DNA of 39,128 bases, taken from assembly GCA_050239825.1 (NCBI GenBank), contig JBFXGO010000022.1, forward strand, positions 1 to 39,128. The letters run 5' to 3'. Under the pieces are notes generated by a model. The model was not told the DNA's origin. It worked only from the letters and a program-made list of their open reading frames with translations, and did not search any database. The first letter of the stretch is position 1. Each line of letters starts with the position of its first letter. This document shows, piece by piece, positions 34,209-39,128 of this stretch. This DNA comes from a bacterium (GTDB lineage: Bacteria > Hydrothermota > 32-111). The position numbers and the translations under genes were made by a program.

Positions 34209-36010
34209 CAGTCTACGGTGATGGTCTTTGATATATTTCTTGGTTTGTCAGGATTTATCTTTTTTCTGTACGCTATTTTCATGGAGAGTATCTGCAGCAT
34301 GAAAGCGGCGGCAATGGAAAAAACATTTTCATCGTCTGTCTTAATCGGTATAAATATATCGCTGTTCTTCCTCAAATCATCATCCTCCTGAGAAATCGTT
34401 ATTATCAGACCGCCTCGGGTCTTGATTTCATTTATATGTGACAGGGTATAGTGTTTATTCTCCCTGTCTGTCACAATAATTATCGGATAGTTTTTTGTCA
34501 CAAGAGCCAGAGGGCCATGCTTGAACTCCGCTGAATGCATCGGCTCAACATTTATGTAATTGACCTCCTTCATTTTCAGAGAGCCCTCCATTGCAACTGG
34601 ATATGTCATAGCATATCCGAGAATGTGAAAGTGCTTCATAGAAAAGAGCTTCGCGACCACAAGGTCAAGGTCTTTTGATTTTGATGATGATACTGATGAA
34701 ATGGTTTTTACGAGATTTTTTATTTTTTCTTCAATGTACTCATCCGATTTGTTGGCAAAATACATTGACATTATATAAAAAAGAACCGTTTGGTTAATAA
34801 AAGTCTTTGTTGCCGGGACTGCAATTTCTGTGCCTGAAAATGTGGGAAGATTATAATCGGAAAGATGTCCTATTGATGAATTGAGATTGTTTAGCACTGC
34901 AAAAACTTTGCCTGTTCCGAATCTCCTGTAAATATCTATGGCATTTTTTATGTCTTTTGTCTCACCGCTCTGCGATACAGCAAGAAGATGTTTCTTTACA
35001 CTTCTTAGATGCTGGAATCTGTCGAGTATATCCGAAGGATAGTATATCTGAGCATCAATTCCCGCTATCCTGTTTAAAAAATATGCCCCCAGCAGAGAAG
35101 CATTGTACGATGTGCCTGATCCTGTAATAACGAATCCGTCGCTTTTGACAATTTTTGCAAAATTTCTCAGAAGACTGGTGCACTTATACTTATTGTACAT
35201 TTCCATTATTCTTGCAGGAACCTCGTTTATCTCCTTCTCCATGAAAGAGTTGAATCTGCCTTTTGAAGCTTCATAGGGCTTCTCTCTGTCAATAAAGGGT
35301 TTTCTTTCGATCTCATCTCCGTTTTTTGAATCAAATATTTGGTACCCGCCATCAGTGAATTCAAAAAGTTCTCCGTCATTTATCTTTATTATTTTTGAAG
35401 TCAGATCCCTGACAGCTGTATAATCGCTTGATACGCAGACAAATCCTCTTCCTATTCCCGCGAACATGGATGACCCTTTTTTGAAGGCGTACATTTTCTC
35501 TTCGGCTGTGGGAGTCATTACAAAAGCATAGTCGCCCGTTATATCGGAAATGGCGCGCGTGATGGCATTATGGTAATTATTTTTACTTAAATATTTCTCT
35601 ATCAAATGCGGAATAACCTCTCCATCATTTTCGCTCTTTATATGATGCTTCTCTTTTTTCAGAGTTTCAAAGAGATTGTGCGTATTTATAATATTACCGT
35701 TGTGAGCCGAAATAATGGTTTCTTTGCAATCTGTGTGCGGTTGTGAATTTATCTTGTTAGGTTTCCCGTATGTCGCCCATCTGAGCTGTGTTATTCCCTT
35801 ATAGCCGTTCATATGTTTAAAGTCGTACTTCTTTGAGACATCTTCCACTGAGCCTGCATCCTTTTTCAGAATGAATGACCTGTCTTTCTTCACAACAGCC
35901 GCTCCGGTTGAGTCATAGCCTCTGTATGAGAGCCTCATCCCTGCCTGTATGAGTATCTCGCCTATACTCTTGTCATTATCCGCAAAGATTATCCCAAAAA
36001 AGCCGCACAT
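34208..36010 (-). CDS. glmS: Glutamine--fructose-6-phosphate aminotransferase (isomerizing)
   Basis: N-terminal MCG, YRGYDS.G, RWAT.G, HNG.I.N, SGTSY, SQSGET, E.AVPATK, KHGPLAL, PDKPRN..K..TVD. Confidence 0.92.
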   Translation of the reverse strand: MCGFFGIIFADNDKSIGEILIQAGMRLSYRGYDSTGAAVVKKDRSFILKKDAGSVEDVSKKYDFKHMNGYKGITQLRWATYGKPNKINSQPHTDCKETIISAHNGNIINTHNLFETLKKEKHHIKSENDGEVIPHLIEKYLSKNNYHNAITRAISDITGDYAFVMTPTAEEKMYAFKKGSSMFAGIGRGFVCVSSDYTAVRDLTSKIIKINDGELFEFTDGGYQIFDSKNGDEIERKPFIDREKPYEASKGRFNSFMEKEINEVPARIMEMYNKYKCTSLLRNFAKIVKSDGFVITGSGTSYNASLLGAYFLNRIAGIDAQIYYPSDILDRFQHLRSVKKHLLAVSQSGETKDIKNAIDIYRRFGTGKVFAVLNNLNSSIGHLSDYNLPTFSGTEIAVPATKTFINQTVLFYIMSMYFANKSDEYIEEKIKNLVKTISSVSSSKSKDLDLVVAKLFSMKHFHILGYAMTYPVAMEGSLKMKEVNYINVEPMHSAEFKHGPLALVTKNYPIIIVTDRENKHYTLSHINEIKTRGGLIITISQEDDDLRKNSDIFIPIKTDDENVFSIAAAFMLQILSMKIAYRKKINPDKPRNISKTITVD

Positions 36011-36023
36011 CTTTCCTTACCTC

Positions 36024-36671
36024 CTAATCGCCTGATTTGTAACTGTCCGGTATGCTGAACAATTTTTCAAATGAACCTTTTTCATCCGACACAAGGAGAG
36101 TTTTGGTCTTCTCTTCCCCGTTTTTATAATAAAGCATTACTTTCGGCAGGCCTATTATTGATTTAACAGCTTCATTCTGCATGTCAAAACCCAAGAATGT
36201 CTCTACAACATTTTTAAGCCTCTCAATGCTCTTCTTTGTATAAGGGTAGTCAAGTTCATTGTCGTAAGCAACTGTCAGAATTTTATCTTCATCCGAAAAA
36301 ACACTGAATTGAGGATATTTTTTACCCAGATAGTCGTACATTTTTTCATTTTGCCTTATTGTTATTTCGGAAGAATCAAATTCAGAAGAAAGCCCCGATA
36401 GTCCTGAAAACAAAAGACCGACCAATGCTACTGACATCCTTGTGACAGTCTTTGCAGAATCATCAATAATGAAAAGAGTGTCTTTTTTGTAATCGAAGAC
36501 CATTCTTCCGACTCCTTGAACAATTGCGCTCCTGTAATCATCGGAGACAATGGTTATGCTTTCCACCAAAGTGTCATTCTCTTCAAACTGATATAGCTTG
36601 AAAATCACTTTTTCGGAGGAGAATGCCGTTACAGATATTAAAAGCAAAAACAAATAAAGTAAATTCTTCAT
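36024..36671 (-). CDS. Hypothetical exported protein
   Basis: Signal peptide; C-terminal F.IP..Y ending seen in DUF4412-like periplasmic proteins; ATGA overlap with BCCP. Confidence 0.65.
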   Translation of the reverse strand: MKNLLYLFLLLISVTAFSSEKVIFKLYQFEENDTLVESITIVSDDYRSAIVQGVGRMVFDYKKDTLFIIDDSAKTVTRMSVALVGLLFSGLSGLSSEFDSSEITIRQNEKMYDYLGKKYPQFSVFSDEDKILTVAYDNELDYPYTKKSIERLKNVVETFLGFDMQNEAVKSIIGLPKVMLYYKNGEEKTKTLLVSDEKGSFEKLFSIPDSYKSGD

Positions 36672-36994
36672 TTTATTCTCACAAGCAACTGGTTTTTTAC
36701 GACCCTCTCTCCCTCCTTCACCACAACCTGCTCCACAACCCCATCGACCTTAGAGTATATTCTGTTGCGCATCTTCATTGCTTCAAGTATCATCAGCACC
36801 TGACCCGCTGCCACCTCTTCACCGTCTTTTACATTTATCTTTACTATGAGGCCCGATATAAGCGCCTTCACTTCAAGCGGATTTTCAACTTCAGTGTCAA
36901 CAGGAAGTTTTATCCTTACATTCGGAGCAAATGTCTTGTATTTGTCATATTCGACAAATAGATCCTCTGATTTTCTGTTATCTTTCTTTTTCAT
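36668..36994 (-). CDS. Biotin carboxyl carrier protein
   Basis: ILEAMKMRN biotinylation motif, V..G..V..GQ. Start placed at MKKKDN (36994), just after the carboxyltransferase stop. Confidence 0.88.
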   Translation of the reverse strand: MKKKDNRKSEDLFVEYDKYKTFAPNVRIKLPVDTEVENPLEVKALISGLIVKINVKDGEEVAAGQVLMILEAMKMRNRIYSKVDGVVEQVVVKEGERVVKNQLLVRIK

Positions 36995-36995
36995 T

Positions 36996-38540
36996 TTACA
37001 CCGGCATATTTGAATGTTTCTTGAACGGAAGCTCTTCGTTCTTGGTCTCGCACATTTCAAATGCTCTGATGAGCATCGTGCGTGTCTCCTCCGGATTCAG
37101 CACCGCATCGACATACCCTTTTGATGCCGCCACATATGGATTCGCGAATTTTTCAATGTACTCTTTTATTTTTTCCGCTCTCACTTTGTCTTTATCTGCC
37201 GCTTCGTCAATCTCTTTTTTAAAGATAATGTTTGCGGCTCCTTCCGGCCCCATCACAGCTATTTCTGCTGTAGGCCAGGCAAAGACAAGATCCGCGCCAA
37301 GATGTTTGGAGCACATGGCTATATATCCTCCTCCGTAAGCTTTTCTCATTATGAGAGTGATTTTGGGAACTGTCGCCTCTGAAAACGCATACAGCAGCTT
37401 TGCTCCGTGTCTTATCACTCCAGCATACTCCTGATCTATTCCCGGCAGATAACCGGGCATATCAACAAGCGTGAGAAGCGGAATGTTGAATGAGTCGCAG
37501 AACCTTATGAATCTTGCCGCCTTGTCGGAGGAATTTACATCAAGGACCCCGGCAAGGACATCAGGCTGATTTGCAACTATTCCTATGCTTCTGCCATCAA
37601 GTCGTGCAAATCCTATGACCATATTTTCAGCCCATCCTGACTGAACTTCAAAGAAGTCGGAATCATCAACAAGAGAATCTATTATACTCCTTACATCATA
37701 CGGTTCCTTCGGATCATTCGGAATAATCGCATCTATGTCCTTTTCATGTTTGGGCATCTTTGATTCTATTTTTGCCGGTTTCTCCCGATTATTGTCGGGT
37801 ATGAATGAAAGAAGTTTCTTTATCTGATAGAAGCTCTCTATTTCGGACATCGAAAAAAAGTGTATATTGCCGGTCTTTGTATGGTGAGTATACGCGCCTC
37901 CCAGTTCTTCCATTGAAATATCCTCTCCTATCACTGTTTTAATAACCTGAGGACCGGTTATGAACATTTTTGAAAGGTCATTCACCATGAAGACAAAATC
38001 CATGAGTGCCGGTGAATAGACAGCGCCTCCCGCGCAGGGACCCAAAATAACTGATAGCTGAGGAACAACTCCGGAATATCTTGCGTTTCTGAAAAAGATA
38101 TTACCGTAACCCGCAAGAGCGGAGACTCCCTCCTGTATTCTTGCTCCGCCGGAATCATTGAGTCCTATCACAGGAACTCCCATTTTTGCCGAAAGGTCCA
38201 TTATCTTTGTTATCTTCATAGCATGCATCTCTCCAAGAGACCCTCCCGCAACAGTGAAATCCTGTGCGAAAATGCACACTTTTCTGTTATTTATTTTGCC
38301 ATAACCGGTTATCACGCCATCCGCGGCCAATGATTTTTTCGAGAGTCCGAAATCTTTTGCATTATGTTCAATGAACAGATCTGTTTCAACAAATGTATTT
38401 TTATCAAGAAGCATCTCAATCCTGTCGCGGGCGAACATTTTACCGCTCTGTATCTGTTTCTCAACAGCCTTCTCCCCGCCGCCTTCAAGCAGTGAGCGTT
38501 TCTTGTCAAACCAACGCGTCATCCGTTCAATAATCCTCAT
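36996..38540 (-). CDS. Acyl-CoA carboxyltransferase (propionyl-CoA carboxylase beta / methylmalonyl-CoA decarboxylase alpha family)
   Basis: QDFTVAGGSLG, DSGGARIQEG, GPCAGGAVYSPAL.DF, KAARF.RFCD.FNIP, RKAYGG, AVMGPEGA, KKH.N.P. Confidence 0.93.
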   Translation of the reverse strand: MRIIERMTRWFDKKRSLLEGGGEKAVEKQIQSGKMFARDRIEMLLDKNTFVETDLFIEHNAKDFGLSKKSLAADGVITGYGKINNRKVCIFAQDFTVAGGSLGEMHAMKITKIMDLSAKMGVPVIGLNDSGGARIQEGVSALAGYGNIFFRNARYSGVVPQLSVILGPCAGGAVYSPALMDFVFMVNDLSKMFITGPQVIKTVIGEDISMEELGGAYTHHTKTGNIHFFSMSEIESFYQIKKLLSFIPDNNREKPAKIESKMPKHEKDIDAIIPNDPKEPYDVRSIIDSLVDDSDFFEVQSGWAENMVIGFARLDGRSIGIVANQPDVLAGVLDVNSSDKAARFIRFCDSFNIPLLTLVDMPGYLPGIDQEYAGVIRHGAKLLYAFSEATVPKITLIMRKAYGGGYIAMCSKHLGADLVFAWPTAEIAVMGPEGAANIIFKKEIDEAADKDKVRAEKIKEYIEKFANPYVAASKGYVDAVLNPEETRTMLIRAFEMCETKNEELPFKKHSNMPV

Positions 38541-38574
38541 AATAGCTCCTTAGAGGTTGTTTTTTTATCTAATG

Positions 38575-38602
38575 ATTATATATCATAGATAACATTAGTC
38601 AA
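38575..38602 (-). promoter_or_regulatory. Sigma70-type promoter for the carboxyltransferase-glmS operon
   Basis: Minus strand TTGACT-N16-TATAAT, 35 bp upstream of ATG 38540 with AAGGAG RBS. Confidence 0.6.
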
Positions 38603-38718
38603 GGGAAGTTAATCGAAAGAATTTAATACCTTCTTCTATATCATTCGCTCTTTGTCTTTTTTAAACTCATCAGTTAAGAGCTTATCAACCTACCAGCATA
38701 ACAGATCACTATTTGTCC

Positions 38719-38746
38719 GTCATTGTGAGCGAAGCGCGGCAATCTC
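38719..38746. repeat. Half copy of a GTCATTGCGAG...GCAATCTC-type intergenic palindromic repeat
   Basis: GTCATTGTGAGCGAAGCGCGGCAATCTC resembles a widespread REP-like element recalled from other bacteria; only one arm is present. Confidence 0.45.
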
Positions 38747-39005
38747 TTTACTTCTATTCATTCTTTGATTTGTCGTCGTATTTTACCAGTTCACCAACCC
38801 ACCCGCGTACTAGTGTGCTAATTTACCCAGGGGAGTATAATAAAAGTTGTGTAAAAATATTAGGAGTGGTATATAATAAGATTAATGAGAAGGAGACATT
38901 GAACCGAATTATGAAGAGTGAGCGAGAGATATATCTGTCAAGCAATGATGATTATGCTAATGGGTATATTGAGCGGGAACTTGGAACAACTCGGGGGAAA
39001 GAGAG

Positions 39006-39037
39006 AGAGGGCGGCTTTTAAACTTAAACCGCCCTCT
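39006..39037 (-). terminator. Probable intrinsic terminator
   Basis: AGAGGGCGG...CCGCCCTCT 9-bp stem about 37 bp downstream of the stop at 39074, followed by a pyrimidine-rich tract on the minus strand. Confidence 0.55.
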
Positions 39038-39073
39038 GCGGGAAAACTGCTTTCTCTTTTACCTTTTTGTGTT

Positions 39074-39128
39074 CTACCTTATTATCACCATCTTTCTGTT
39101 TATCTGTCTCTCTCCGTCTCTGAATCTT
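39074..39128 (-). CDS. 3' end of a gene with a T9SS type A-like C-terminal tail (partial)
   Basis: Frame reads ...RFRDGERQINRKMVIIR*, resembling the terminal KxxxxK/R strand of Por secretion tails; followed by a terminator. Only 17 codons visible. Confidence 0.45.
   Translation of the reverse strand, partial: RFRDGERQINRKMVIIR

Noticed and set aside
36995..37060. N-terminal extension of BCCP given in the track
   Set aside because: Overlaps the conserved C-terminus of the carboxyltransferase; ATG 36994 follows its stop directly.
38713..39021. 102-aa plus-strand ORF
   Set aside because: Starts inside a REP-like repeat with no RBS; only the 3' 40 codons have any translation signal.
1..39128. 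tRNA, rRNA, riboswitches, CRISPR arrays, sigma-54 (-24/-12) promoters
   Set aside because: None recognised by eye in the few intergenic regions; tRNAscan/Infernal were not run, so weak ncRNAs cannot be excluded.

Overview
Almost every gene in this window is on the minus strand. The source is a diderm bacterium with lptCAB, a lipid A-type acyltransferase, PorV/FadL-like barrels and T9SS-like C-terminal tails. An FCB-group or related candidate lineage is my inference only. There are two parts. (1) 1-~10.9 kb is an AT-rich accessory region. It holds a >840-aa secreted protein with a Zn-dependent phospholipase C-like N-terminus (absent from the ORF track), two small membrane proteins and a PorV-like barrel. 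Next comes an internally deleted IS3-like element (4491-4869), then a defence operon res-mod (type III R-M) - 3TM membrane protein - TIR(ThsB-like) - a second TIR truncated by the IS end. A second copy of the IS left end sits upstream at 10660-10705. (2) ~10.9-39.1 kb is tightly overlapped, mostly housekeeping genes: rng, radical SAM, purC, nrdR, aldehyde dehydrogenase, rpoN, lptBAC, queH, glmS and carboxyltransferase/BCCP. Embedded in it is a seven-gene exported cluster (18295-26922): OB-fold protein with sorting tail, PorV-like barrel, ComEA-HhH-barrel, FadL-like barrel, two single-HKD PLD nucleases and a degenerate 5'-nucleotidase-like protein. It looks like an extracellular nucleic acid capture and degradation system. 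All product calls come from motif reading, not database searches.
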